This document shows positions 12,267-24,462 of a stretch of DNA of 64,000 nucleotides, piece after piece. Position 1 is the stretch's first letter. Every line of letters starts with the position of its first letter. A program made the position numbers and the translations under genes. The notes beneath the pieces are model-generated. The model did no database searches and had not been told where the DNA came from. It worked only from the letters and a program-made list of their open reading frames with translations. The DNA comes from Octopus sinensis (Eukaryota): NCBI RefSeq assembly GCF_006345805.1, contig NC_043007.1:12524001-12588000 (forward strand), given 5' to 3'.

Positions 12267-12280
12267 GTTTCCATGGCAAC
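12267..12280. promoter_or_regulatory. Candidate RFX X-box
   Basis: GTTTCCATGGCAAC matches the consensus GTHNYY-AT-RRNAAC and lies in non-repeat sequence. Confidence 0.45.
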
Positions 12281-12473
12281 AGTACAGTCTCAGCATTTGA
12301 TGCTTCTTCCTTCTTTCCCATATTTTGCAGTAGCCATATGAGAAAGCTTCTACGTGGTTGCTCGATTTGCTGGAAATAGCAGGCATATCTAACTCAAATC
12401 GTCCCGCTCCACATATACAGACACAGACACACAAGCGCAAAAATACACAGACAGACACACAGACAAACACACA

Positions 12474-12513
<40 letters not shown>

Positions 12514-12659
12514 CACATACATGCACATGCACATACACACATACATACACACACACACATTGTCTTAACAGCAAAGTGTAGTCCTAAATATGTAACATAT
12601 GGAAAATTAAAACAAGATGGTCATAGGTGGAATGTCTGTGGTCACTTTGATCATAAGTC

Positions 12660-12776
12660 CACTCAATCACGACTGACCTAGGGCTAATATCTTGGGCAAG
12701 AGTCTTTTATTATAGCCCCAGGCCAACCGGTACTCTGTGAATGAATTTGGTAGATGGAAACTGGAAGCCCATCATA

Positions 12777-12858
<82 letters not shown>

Positions 12859-12975
12859 TCCCTCCTTTATCAGTTGACAACTGGTATTGGTTTGTTTACA
12901 TCCATGTAATGTAGCGGTTTTGCAAAGGAAATCAGTTGAATAAGTCTCAGGCTTAAAAATAAGTGCAGGGGTCAA
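12660..12975 (+). mobile_element. Degenerate SINE B with long internal (TG)n
   Basis: CTTGGGCAAG block, (TG)n at ~12778-12855, tail motifs. Confidence 0.75.
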
Positions 12976-13214
12976 ATGGAACGAGAAGGGAAAAAATGGA
13001 GAGAGAAAAATAATGTGTAGGGGTTAATGGTTCAAATCTCTGTGTGTGTGTCTTTGTCTCTGTTTTGTCCTCCACCACTGCTTGGCAAGTGGTGTTGGTG
13101 TGTTTATGTCCCCATAACTTAGCAGTTCAGCAAAAGAGACTGATAGAATAAGTACCAGGCTTAGCAAAAGAATGAAATACTGGGGCCAATTCAGTCTATT
13201 AAAAATATTTTTTC

Positions 13215-13775
13215 AAGGTGGTGCTTCTGTGCTTCTGTGCCGGTGGCACATAAAAAGCACCAAACGATCGTGGCCGCTGCCAGCCTCCCCTGGCACCTGT
13301 GCTGGAGGCACATAAAAAGCACCCATTACACTCACAGAGTGGTTATCGTTAGGAAGGGCATCCAGCTGTAGAAACACTGCCAGATCAGACTGGAGCCTGG
13401 TGCAGACCCCGGTCGAACCATCCAACTCATGCTAGCATGGAAAACGGACGTTAAACGATGATGATGATGATGACATATATATATATATGTATATATATAG
13501 ACATTCCTGACTGGCGTCCGTGTCGGTAACACGTAAAAAGCACCAACCGATCGTGGCCATTTGCCAGCCTCCACTGGCCCCTGTGTCGGTGGCAGGTAAA
13601 AAGCACCCACAACACTCACAGAGTGGTTCTCGTTAGGAAGGGCATCCAGCTGTAGAAACACTGCCAGATCAGACTGGAGCCTGGTGCAGCCTCCTGGCTT
13701 CCCAGACCCCGGTCGAACCGTCCAACCCCTGCTAGCACAGAAAACGGACGTTAAACAATGATGATGATGATGATG
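13215..13775 (+). mobile_element. Two tandem family C elements
   Basis: Two complete tails ending GTTAAAC(G/A)ATGATG at ~13470 and ~13775. Confidence 0.85.
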
Positions 13776-13779
13776 ATGT

Positions 13780-14610
13780 GCCCCAATTATTTACCAGTGG
13801 TTTTAAGCATTTACCATCCTTTCAACTATCAAGCAGGGATTTTTACAATTCTACCACCTTACCAGCTCTTAATGATTTTGACTATTACATTATTCTATCA
13901 ATTATCTACTCATGGTTTTGACAATTCTACATTCTGCCAGCTATCTATGAGTAGTTCTGACCTCCTTATGAGAGCTCAAAATCTCTCGTGGAGGCGTCAT
14001 CCAACCAAAGTACAAATATATGGGAAATTACCACCTGTATCATCTCTTGTGAAAGGTAGAAGAGTCCAGTTTGCTGGACATTGTTGCAGAGCTGAAAAAG
14101 AGGTAATTTCTACTCTTCTCCTCTGGAAGTCATCTGCTCGCGATACCAGAGGGCGCACACTCTCCTACTCTGATGTAATCTCCAGGGATACAGGCATCCA
14201 GCAACAGGACCTCCTTAATGCTATGATGGACTGTGAGGTCTGGTGTAATACAGTAAATTCCATTGTTTCGACCACGGTCGAACAATGATGATGATGAGTT
14301 CTGACCAGTCTACCAGTACTTTTGATCAATATGTTTTTATCATTCTACCGTCTACCAGTGATTTTGCCCATTCTACAATTCTACCAGTTATTCATCAGTG
14401 GTTTTAAGAGTTTTAGCAGCCTGCCATCTATATCTATCTATAACTTTGACAACTCTATCATTCTATCAGCTAAATCTAGCAGAGCTTTTGACTATTATAA
14501 CATTCTTTCAACTAAATTTTACCAATAGTTTTAACCAGTCTACCATTCTACCAGCTATATATACCAGTAGATTTGACCATTCTACCATTCTGCTGGCTGG
14601 TTTTGACAAC
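13780..14610. repeat. Degenerate ~40-bp minisatellite (TTTTGACAATTCTACCATTCTACCAGCT-like)
   Basis: Recurrent TTCTACCA and TTTTGAC motifs on both sides of the RTE insert. Confidence 0.65.
13962..14296 (+). mobile_element. 5'-truncated RTE-clade LINE
   Basis: Encodes LLMRAQNLSWRRHPTK...RRVQFAGHCCRA...; (GAT)n tail; 9-bp TSD AGTTCTGAC at 13953-13961 and 14297-14305. Confidence 0.9.
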
Positions 14611-14900
14611 AGCTCCCATGACTTTCGGAAACATTTTTTCATGCTAAGAGTTGCTGAAGCATGGAACAAACTGCTGTCATTAGTTGTTAGTTGTCGGAGC
14701 ACTGCATCCTTCAAAACTTCCATGCTTCCTGAGATTCGCCAACACTACACCTGATTTTCTCCCCTCCATAAACACGCAAGCATGTATCTGACTCATACAA
14801 TGATCACTTTCCAGACATTTGTACATTACTGCATATGCTTTACACACACTTTTGACAAGTTGTGGTGCACCTGAGCACTGTATACAATAATTTCATTATA
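14610..14900 (+). mobile_element. CR1-clade LINE 3' fragment
   Basis: Encodes SSHDFRKHFFMLRVAEAWNKL...; 3'UTR homologous to 2747-3170. Confidence 0.88.
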
Positions 14901-15309
14901 TTATATATATCATACATTATCTATTTTTAATTCAGTTTTTGTAAATCCAAGGCATTAGATTTCTATGTTTGGTAATATGACTGATGTGGCTGTCAATATT
15001 TCCTTAAAGGAGCTAGCTAAGTTCTTAGTTCCAAGTTAACAAAGAATGAATATATGATCACAGACATTCCAGCCAAGACCATCTCATCTTTTTATAATTA
15101 TCTCGGACTCAGTTATTCAATATGCTCTTTCCATTTTTAACACAGCAGAATATGATTTAAGAATGAGATTTGACTACTATTTCTAGCATGCCAAGCAACC
15201 ACACAGAGATTTTCCCATTTGTCTTGCAGGATATCCCTCAACACTAGCCAATCCAATCAATCAGATCAATGATATTTCAATTGTTCTAGTTTTAGTTATC
15301 ACCTCACCT

Positions 15310-15605
15310 CACCAACAACAACACTGAACACCTTTTTGATCTCCATGTGTCCAACACACGCGGACATGCCTACAAAGTCAGAAAACAACACAGCTCCCAT
15401 GACTTTCGGAAACATTTTTTCACGCTCAGAGTTGCTGAAGCATGGAACAAACTGCCTGCGTCAGTTGTTGACTGCCATGACACTGCATCCTTTAAGGCCC
15501 TCATGCTTTCCGAAATCCGCCAAAACTACACCTGATTATATATACACTTTAGATGAGTTGTAGTGCACCTGAGCACTGTACACAATTATTATTATTATTA
15601 TTATT
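15310..15605 (+). mobile_element. CR1-clade LINE 3' fragment
   Basis: ORF 15347-15535 encodes TRGHAYKVRKQ...WNKLP; (ATT)n tail. Confidence 0.88.
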
Positions 15606-15839
15606 ATAACCATCCCATCTTTCTTTTTTTATTTTGGTCAACAGTAGCCACTGTAGACTTTCTTTTCTAAGAAACTAGGGTGTGATTTGAGATTTGGCTG
15701 CTATTTCTAGCTGGATCGAGTGACAGCATAATGACTCCCACATTGGCTTCTGTGTTGGCAAAGCAACAATTTCTGGATTGTCAGATAAATTCAATTGCCA
15801 CGTTTCGTCAAATTCCCAATCTTATTTTAAATCCAGTTT

Positions 15840-16420
15840 CTGTCTGTCTGGCCATCTCTGTCTGCCTGTCTGTCTGTCAGTCTGTCTGTCTGTCTCTCTC
15901 TCTCTCTGTCCCTCTCTTTCTCTCTCTGTCCCTCTCTTTCTCTCTCTGTCCCTCTCTTTCTCTCTTTCCCTCTCTTTCTCTCTGTGTCTCTCTTTCTCTC
16001 TCCCTCTTTCTCTTTCTCTATCACTCTCTGTCCCTCTCTCTCTGTCTTCCTCTCTCTCCCCCTCTCTCTCTCCCTCCCTCCCTCTTCCTCTCTCTCTCTC
16101 ACTCTATCTCTCTCTGTCCCTCTTTCTCTGTCTCTCTTTCTCTGTCTCTCTCTCCCCCTCTCTCCCTCCCTCCCTCTCTCTCTCTTTATTTCATATAATG
16201 CTTTCATTTTTATTCCTTTATTTTTTCTTTTTATTTCTTTTTTTGGGTCTTGTCTCTGCCAATTTACCTGCTCGTTAATCCCTCTTTATCCACTTACCTG
16301 TCTGTCCATCTATTTGTCCATCCGATTTCTTTTCTGTCAGTCTCTTCCTCTTCACCCCTCTCCCTTCTCCTCTCTCTCTATATATATATATCTTTCCATC
16401 TCCCCCTCTCTATCTCACTC
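15840..16420. repeat. (CT)n/(CTGT)n low-complexity tract
   Basis: Direct inspection. Confidence 0.95.
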
Positions 16421-16807
16421 CTACTCCCACTATTTTCATTCTACCTCTAACTATCTCTCTTTACCTTTTTTTTTTGTTATTGTTTCCATTACGTTTATTT
16501 TTTTTTTTATATTTTATTTTAACTTTTTAATCTGATTCTCTGCAAAACGGGATTTATTTGAACAATAGAAATACACACACACACACACACGTGCATACCC
16601 CGCCACACACACACACATACACATACACACGAACACATGCACACATATACACACACGGATACAGGCATTACTGCAAGATTAAGACGTTTGCTTCATACCT
16701 ATGTGGTTTCAGGTTCAATCCCAGCAAGTACTGCCCAGCTTGCTAACGTTTCTGCCAGCTCACCGCCTTTATTCTGTGAGATTTCTGTCTTCCTCTGATA
16801 AAACCAT

Positions 16808-17142
16808 TAAAAAAAAAAAAGACTCCGCCGGTTACGACGACGAGGGTCCCAGCTGATACGATCAACGGAACAGCTTGCTCGTGAAATTAACGTGCAAATG
16901 GCTGAGTATTCCACAGACACGTGTACCCTTAACGTAATTCTCGGGGATAATCAGCGTGACACAGAGAGTGACAAGGCTGACCCTTTGAAATACAAGTACA
17001 ACTCATTTTTGCCAGCTGAGTGGACTGGAGCAACGTGAAATAAAGTGTCTTGCTCAAGGACACAACACGTCGCCGGGAATCGAACTCACAACCTTACGAT
17101 CATGAGCCGAATGCCCTAACCACTAAGCCACGCGCCCTCACA
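16808..17142 (-). mobile_element. tRNA-derived CORE-like SINE family E
   Basis: A box TGGCTTAGTGG, B box GAGTTCGATTC, CAT in the anticodon-loop position, CCTTGAGCAAGACACTT block; 12-bp TSD TGATAAAACCAT at 16796-16807 and 17143-17154. Confidence 0.9.
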
Positions 17143-17329
17143 TGATAAAACCATAAAGAAATGATAAAGACCATGGCTTTCTGGGAATCTGCTTCCTGTC
17201 CTACTAGCATTTGGCTCAAGAAATCCTGACAAGCGTCACCATTATTATCATTGCCATTGTTGTCATCATTGCTGTCATCATCGTAATCACCATCACAAAC
17301 AGGGATAGTTTTGTTACTATTGCCATTAT

Positions 17330-17644
17330 TATTTATTTATGCACCCTTTTCGAGCCAAGCCAGGCTCATGGGCCCAGTTTCCCGGTCTCTGTGGCGTATG
17401 TGTTCCCCCCAGCTTGACGAGACGCCAGTCCATCGCAGCATTACTCAAGAAATAGGAAGAGACAGTGAGAGAAAGTTGGGGTGAAAGTGTACAACAGGGG
17501 TCGCCAGCACCCCCTGCTGGAGCCTCGTAGAGCTTTTAGGTGTTTTCGCTCAATAAACACACACAACGCCCGGTCTGAGAATCGAAACTGTGATCCTCCT
17601 ACCACAAGTCCACTGCCCTAACCACTGGACCATTGCGCCTCCAC
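17330..17644 (-). mobile_element. tRNA-derived SINE family D
   Basis: GGCGCAATGGTCCAGTGGTTAGG head; body shared with 21665-21945, 38070-38215 and 55476-55781. Confidence 0.85.
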
Positions 17645-18530
17645 GCTATTGCCATTATCATCATTATTTTTACCATCTGTGTAGCTGTCATCAGCTCCAC
17701 CACTGTCTCTACCACCACTACCACCACCACCACCAATACCATCACCACCACCACCACAGCCGCCACTGCTGCTGCTGCTGCCATCATTCCCACTCCACTG
17801 TCACCACCAACACTACTATCACCAACACCACCACAAACATCACTACCCACAAGAAAACACCACCAACATCACCACCACCGCCACAACTACTACCACGACA
17901 ACCATCACCATCACAAACACCACCACCACCGCCACAGCCACCACCACCACAATCATCACCACCACAGCTGCCATCACCACCACTACCACAGCCACCACCA
18001 CCACAACCACCACCACCACCACCACAACCACCACCACCACAACCACCACCACCACAGCCACCACCACAACTGCAGCTGCTGCTGCTAACGTCCACACCAC
18101 CACCATCAATACCAACACCACCTTTGCCACCAACACCACCATCATCATTATTATCGTCATTGCCTCCTTCTCCTCCTCCTCCTCATCATCATCATCATCA
18201 TCATCAGCAGCATTATTTCCATCAGTGTTTTCATCATAATAACAATTTCAATTCACATTATCGTTAAATGTACTATTGCACTTGTATACTCGTATTTTTC
18301 TGTCTAGCGAGACAGATGTAGAGACATTCTCTTCATCCTCATCTGCATCATCACCATCCTCATCACCACCGTCCACATCACCACCAGCACCATCATCATC
18401 ACCATAACTGGAGATAAGATAGGTGTGGCTAACATCACCATCATCATTATTATCATCATCGTCACTTGCAGCTGCAGATATATCCTCCTCATTATCTTCA
18501 TCCATCACCATCATCATTATCATCACTTGT
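17645..18530. repeat. Mixed trinucleotide low-complexity region (CAC/CAT/CAA/CTG)
   Basis: Poly-P/H/T/V/M ORFs overlap in all frames on both strands. Confidence 0.92.
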
Positions 18531-18645
18531 GATGAAAAATTCCGGATAAACTGATTAGCAAACTAGCCAGCCACCAGCGAATTACAATCACTATGTGTGG
18601 GTTATTTTATTGTATTGGTAAAATGATCCTACCAATATGGTAAAA

Positions 18646-19041
18646 CTAGCAGTATCGCCCGGGATTGCTCGGGTTTGTTTTCTTTTCGACCCTTTAAAAT
18701 TTGAATTTTTGAAAAGTAAAAATTTTGCATTATGTAGTTTGTTATTCTCTTTAAGTGAATATTTTTCTGGTTGAAATACACCGAAAAATGGCGACACAGC
18801 AGTCAAAAAATCGTAAAAAATAGGGATTTTCATAGAAAAAACCCCACCTTTTTTATGTAAATAATTTTTGGTGTTAACATGGTCTGATTTGAATTTTTTC
18901 TTCTACGGAATGAAGAACAAGCCTTCTATCATACTCTCAATTTTGGTCAACTTGCGCCGCAGGGTCTCGGAGGAGATAGTGTTAGTTGAAGGCTACCAAA
19001 CCTGCCACACACAGACAACTTCAGCTTTATATATAGAGAGA
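18646..19041 (-). mobile_element. Non-autonomous Helitron (~390-bp family)
   Basis: 5' TCTCTCTATATATAAAGCTGAAG, 3' CCCGAGCAATCCCGGG hairpin plus CTAG; A18645|T19042 target. Confidence 0.92.
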
Positions 19042-20189
19042 TTAATATTTGTGTGTTTGCATTGATATATATCACATTTGGTTACTTATAAGACAAACCC
19101 TTTTTTTTGTCAGATAAAAAAATGTCTAAGCAAATCATCTTGGGTGCTAATTGTGAAGTTGGGTCACCTATAAGCTTTAATGCTTTAAAATGTTTTTTTT
19201 TCCCCCTCCTGAAAATGCAATGCTGAAATTAGAGCGCATCAAATATACCTATGTATCCTTTATGCCATCAAATATGGTATACGACTCTTACTCTATCTTT
19301 TATTCCCCCTCTCGTTTTTCTTCTTATCTCTTGCTCCCTCTCTCTCACATTTCTTGGCCCTCTCTTTCTTTAACTCCCACTAATTTCCCACTCGTTTATC
19401 TCCCATGCACCCTTCCCTTTGTCTCTGATTTGTTTTTTTTTTTCTAATCCTTCAATCCCGCTGCCCCCTACACATTTCTTCTCTTTCCATGCAACCAGTG
19501 TCCAGCCAGCCATGATCTTTCTTTCTTGGCCTGGCTGCCAGCCATCAACATGTATTGTGTCCATCTCCCATGCTCCAGCCTTTAGGCTTTTACTCCATAC
19601 ATGCCAGCTCAATTTGAATCGTTCTCAGTTGAAAGACGACTATTGTTATTTCTTGTTGTTTGTATGCATAATTCAGTACCATATTCTCCGTTTTTTTTGT
19701 TTATTTGTTTGTTTTTTCTTTTTTGCTGTACACATTCGCTAGCTTTCTTACAAAGGGGTCTAATGCTCTTAGCTTAGACGCTTAGACTTTTTGGGGGACA
19801 ACCAGATTGAACCATCTCAAGTGTAACTGTCCGAAATGGTTGTGACTTCTGGTACTTGAATGACCCATCTTCTTTGCCTGTCCTAATTGTTGCTTCTCTT
19901 GTCCACCTTTGTGCCGTCTATCTGTCCTCTATTGCATTTTTGTTCCATTGATATATATATATATATATCGTAATATATTTAAGAAGATATGTTTATCTGA
20001 TGAAACCTCATTATATTAAAACAGTATTTTATTATTCTTGAAAAACTTGTTTTTATTAATGGTGTTAAAACAGCTGTAATTTACTAGATGTGTCATTTGT
20101 TTGTATGAAGTAATTAAGCTGAATTGAATTTCTCATTTAATGATTAAATTATTTATTTGTTCAATTTATTATTTTGGTTTCCATTTATA

Positions 20190-20234
<45 letters not shown>

Positions 20235-20811
20235 TATATAAATGATATGACATATGACTTCTCATCATCACAGTTATATCTGAACTGTTATAATATATCA
20301 AATATTCCTGGTGTTTACTTATTACTCTCCAACTGTATATCTTCAATAAGCACTCCACGATATCTCTATTTACTAATTCCTACGACCTCTACACTATGAC
20401 TGACACACTTCTCAGACTATTCCGTGCATGCTCATTTATACTAACTAGTATAGTTCACTTAACCAATCACAGGGGTGTACAGATTCGCTATGCAATAATA
20501 AAGCTACAAGATTCAAGAGAATCAAGTACTTAAATAGTAAAAGCGTCCAGGTTGGTGATAGCGATATAAATATGTGTGTGTGTGTGTGTTAAAAGTCTTT
20601 GTGAAAATTGCTTGATGCAGTTTTACTAAGTATAAAAAAGATCCTTTTCAAAAACTTATTTTTTAAAAAGAAGTTGTAAATTCTGTATCAGAATGTCACT
20701 AACCTTTTTGGAATAAGTTTCCAGTGTGGGTGAGTGTGAGCGCTTTCAATTATCTTCATAAATATATATCTGTATATATCCTTATATATATATATATATA
20801 TGTATGATAGA

Positions 20812-21003
20812 TCGTTAGCCACTACACATATTTTCTTTCACTCCTTGTTTCTCTCCTTGTTTTTTTTCTGTGTACCTTTCTGTAGAAGAGCGTAGGCTCG
20901 AAACGTAAAAGACTTTTTCTATTCCTGAGTGCTATACTAATACATCTGTTTGTTTTGTACATCACCTGTCTTCGTCTTTTGTTTATTTTCATAAACTTTC
21001 CCA
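20812..21003 (+). mobile_element. Penelope-like terminal repeat fragment inserted in (TA)n
   Basis: Contains GAAGAGCGTAGGCTCGAAACGT, with (TA)n on both flanks; class assignment is inferred from the hammerhead-type motif. Confidence 0.55.
20876..20911 (+). ncRNA. Minimal type I hammerhead-like motif with A6-to-U core variant
   Basis: CUUU-CUGUAGA-A-GAGC(GUAG)GCUC-GAAAC-GUA-AAAG; stems I and II and the palindromic stem III all pair. Confidence 0.5.
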
Positions 21004-21664
21004 TTATATATATATATATATATTAATTATATATATATACATACATACAAAATATGGGGGTTTAGTTCACAGGTGTTCTAAACAATTAGGTACATGGATT
21101 TACCCAGGATTGCACCTAGGACTTATGGACTTATTTCTACAAGGTCAGAAAGTTGAAATGTGAACTTTTATGCTTTTTATGCTTCTTTTTTCTTCTCTTT
21201 CTTCATGTCCTTATTCCTTTACTCCTGTCCTCTATGTCATCACTTCATTAATCTATAACCTCATTTTCCCTATTTGTCTCCAATGATGGAATATCCCATG
21301 CTCTGGGATACCCCAGAAACAGCTGTAAGACTTTGAATTTTTTCCAATTATAATAATGAATATTACTTGAGATGTTTGCCTTGCCTTAACATTTGTTGAC
21401 CTCTTTAACAATTATATATCATCATCATCATCATCATATAACAACAAATGCTTACTTGCTAAAGTAAATGTGGATTTGAACTCCAGTTATGCATTCATTC
21501 ACAAATGGTTGATTGAATACATGAGTCATCAAGGTCACATGTGGGCACACTCACTGCACCTATTGCTCCACTGTCTATAGATTCTAGATCTGAATGAATT
21601 GCAAGTTTCAAGTTAGGTGAGAGATAAACAATAAAAAACAGATGGATTGTGCATCATTTACATT

Positions 21665-21945
21665 AAACGATAAACGTCGCCCTTTTCAAGCGTAGCCAAG
21701 CTCATGGGCCCGGTTTCCCGGTTTCTGTGGCGTATGTGTCCCCCCCCCCAGCTGGACGGGATGCCAGTCCATCGCAGCGTTACTCAAGAAACAGGAAGAG
21801 ACAGTGAGAGAAAGTTGGGGTGAAAGAGTACAACAGTGTTCGCCACCACCCTCTGCCGGAGCCTCGTGGAGCTTTTAGGTGTTTTTGCTCAATAAACACA
21901 CACAATGCCTAGTCCGGGAATCGAAACCGTGATCCTCCGCCCGCG
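21665..21945 (-). mobile_element. SINE family D
   Basis: Homologous to 17330-17644. Confidence 0.85.
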
Positions 21946-22047
21946 AGGTAACTTTTTAGGTGCAATCCCATGGTCAGTCATGACCGAAGGGGGTCTCGGC
22001 ATTCAGGTCACTGCCTGGAATCGAACTTGGAATCTTGAAATGAGAAC

Positions 22048-22200
22048 CCAGGTTCGAAATTTCCCAAGACACATGATGAAGGCTGGAGGGTATATCAGCC
22101 AAAATGTTGTGTTAACAACAAACAAGATGAGGACAAATATCCGTCAAGTGTAAATTATGTAAATAATGTACATAATTCCTCATCTCTTAAATATAGAACT
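22048..22200 (+). mobile_element. Penelope-like ~150-bp repeat with decayed hammerhead
   Basis: Inverted homolog of 40311-40462. Confidence 0.65.
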
Positions 22201-22546
22201 AGATGGGTTGTGTTTCACCACAGCTGTTTCAAACATGTTTTTAATGCAAAAAAAAAAAAAAACTGCTCCTACCCATTCTATACCTTCTGTGATCCTGGAA
22301 CTATGCAAGTAACAGTATTTCATTGTCACAAATGTGAAGCCCCTACCTCTGCTGCAATGAATGACCCATTGGCAGTGGGTCCTAAAAATTTCAGCCATCA
22401 GGGGTCAATGAAGATATCAACTGATTATGTAACACTCCAACAAAGCATGCAGTTACTTGGTGAGGGTAAAAAAACTGTAATTGCTCTCACGTATACTACA
22501 TCTTTCATATACTCAAATCCCTCGAGGTTATGGTCTCATTTGGCAA

Positions 22547-23148
22547 GCCAAATGAGACCATAACTTTGTGGCCTATGCCAGGGGTGTAACGAGCCCACTT
22601 ATGCATACCTTTCCTTCATTGGACACTAAACTCTGCTTGTGAAGACCTGTTGAGGCAAGTGAAATCGAAGTCAAATTCAATGACTGGCATCCATGCTAGT
22701 GGAGCGCTAAGAGCACCAACCGAGCGTGATCGTTGCCAGAGCAGCTAACTGGCTTCTGTGCTGGTGGCACGTAAAAAGCACAATTCGAGGGTGATCATTA
22801 CCACTTTTACTTTACTGGAACTTATGCCGGTGGCATGTGAAAAAACATTCAGGCGAAGTCATTGCCAGTGCTGCTGGACTAGTTCCTGTGCAGGTGGGAC
22901 GTAAAAAACACCATTTGAGCGTGGCGGTTGCCAGTACTGCCTGACTGGCCCACGTGCCGGTGGCATGTAAATGCACCCACTACACTCTTGGAGTGGTTGG
23001 CGTTAGGAAGGGCATCCAGCTGTAGAAATTCTGCCAGATCAAGATTGGAGCCTGGTGCAGCCATCTGGTTCACCAGTCCTCCGTCAATTCGTCCAACCCA
23101 TGCCAGCATGGAAAGCGGACGTTAAACGATGATGATGATAATGATGAT
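22547..23148 (+). mobile_element. Long family C element including its 5' portion and about five internal units
   Basis: Upstream segment, repeated ~66-bp units and the (GAT)n tail. Confidence 0.85.
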
Positions 23149-23822
23149 GTTTGTATGTATGTATATGTATGTGTGTGTATATATATATATGTGTGTGTGT
23201 GTATGTATATATATATGTGTGTGTGTGAGTGTATGTGTGTATGTGTGTATATATATATATATAATAAAATATTAGGGAATAAATCCAAACATTTTAATAT
23301 AATATATATATATATAATACACACATGCAAAAATACATAGATGCATACATGCATACATACATGCATAAATACACGCCTACATACATACATGTATACATAT
23401 ATGGACATATATACTTACAAGTATATATGTAAACACACACACATATGTATATGCGTATACATACACACTCATATTCGTCCACTTAGAAATCTGTTTGTGT
23501 GTATGTGTGTGTGTGTGTATACTTGTTTGCATGTGTCTGTGTGTACCAACAACAGTAGCATAATAGCATAGTAGCATATATATCATCATCATCATCCATC
23601 ATCATCATGATATATATATATATATACTCACACGCACACAAACTGATGCCATAAACACGCACACACACACAAATACACACACATGCATACATGTGTGTAT
23701 GTGTATGTATGTATGTATGTAGGTGTGCATGATGTCCGAGTGAAATACTTTTGTTCGCAGTACAAACGGTTCCAGTGACATTAATGACTAAAATAATCCC
23801 ATTCTTATTTCAAGAATTTCCT

Positions 23823-23868
<46 letters not shown>

Positions 23869-24419
23869 AAGAGGGAGAGAGAGAAAAAGAGAGAGGGAGA
23901 GTGAGAGAGAGAAATTCCTGTTGGTCAAGATGAAATCCTAACAAACATTATTATTACCTGCCTGTCTGCCTGCCTTGTATTCAAATTGAACCCGCAGTCA
24001 TTAGACTGGAGTCTATTTCAAGCGTAGGATTGATGACTTCTCTATAAACATATATACTCTAATCTTCTCAGGGATCAAGATTATTTCCCCACAAAGCCGG
24101 ATTAACCTTGACCTAGGCTTATGAGGTATTAACTTGATCTAAACTATTATAATCTATAGGAATGCGATATCTTCTTTATCTTTTTTTTAAAATCGTTTGG
24201 TTAAAAGGTATTATGGATAATTTTAAAAGCATTAATCGATAGCTTTGTGGGTTTTTTTGGGGTTTTTTTTGTTGTTTTTGTTTTTTGTGTTGGTTATTAG
24301 TTGAACAAATTGGAAAATACTTTTTGAGAAATGTGTAATAGCAAGTCATAGAATGAATTATCTTCTTGCAGTCCGAGTGGATGAAATATGAAAGTGGGTG
24401 AATGCATCAATCCAGTGAG

Positions 24420-24462
<43 letters not shown>

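Noticed and set aside
17060-17142. tRNA-like sequence with CAT in the anticodon position (similar heads at 51937, 55476 and 17570-17644)
   Set aside because: No proper acceptor stem; each continues into a SINE body, with TSDs at the 16808-17142 and 51937 copies, so these are SINE heads rather than tRNA genes.
17590-18526. Long Pro/His/Thr-rich ORFs resembling extensins or histidine-rich proteins
   Set aside because: Open in nearly all frames on both strands, with no splice signals or non-repetitive domain; trinucleotide low complexity explains them.
19990-20035. CTGATGA followed by AAAAC
   Set aside because: No stem II or stem III pairing.
23930-24250. TAAT/GGATTA-rich unique blocks (also ~31800-32000 and 46200-46400) as putative enhancers
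   Set aside because: Short homeodomain or nuclear-receptor motifs are frequent in AT-rich DNA; conservation data would be needed.
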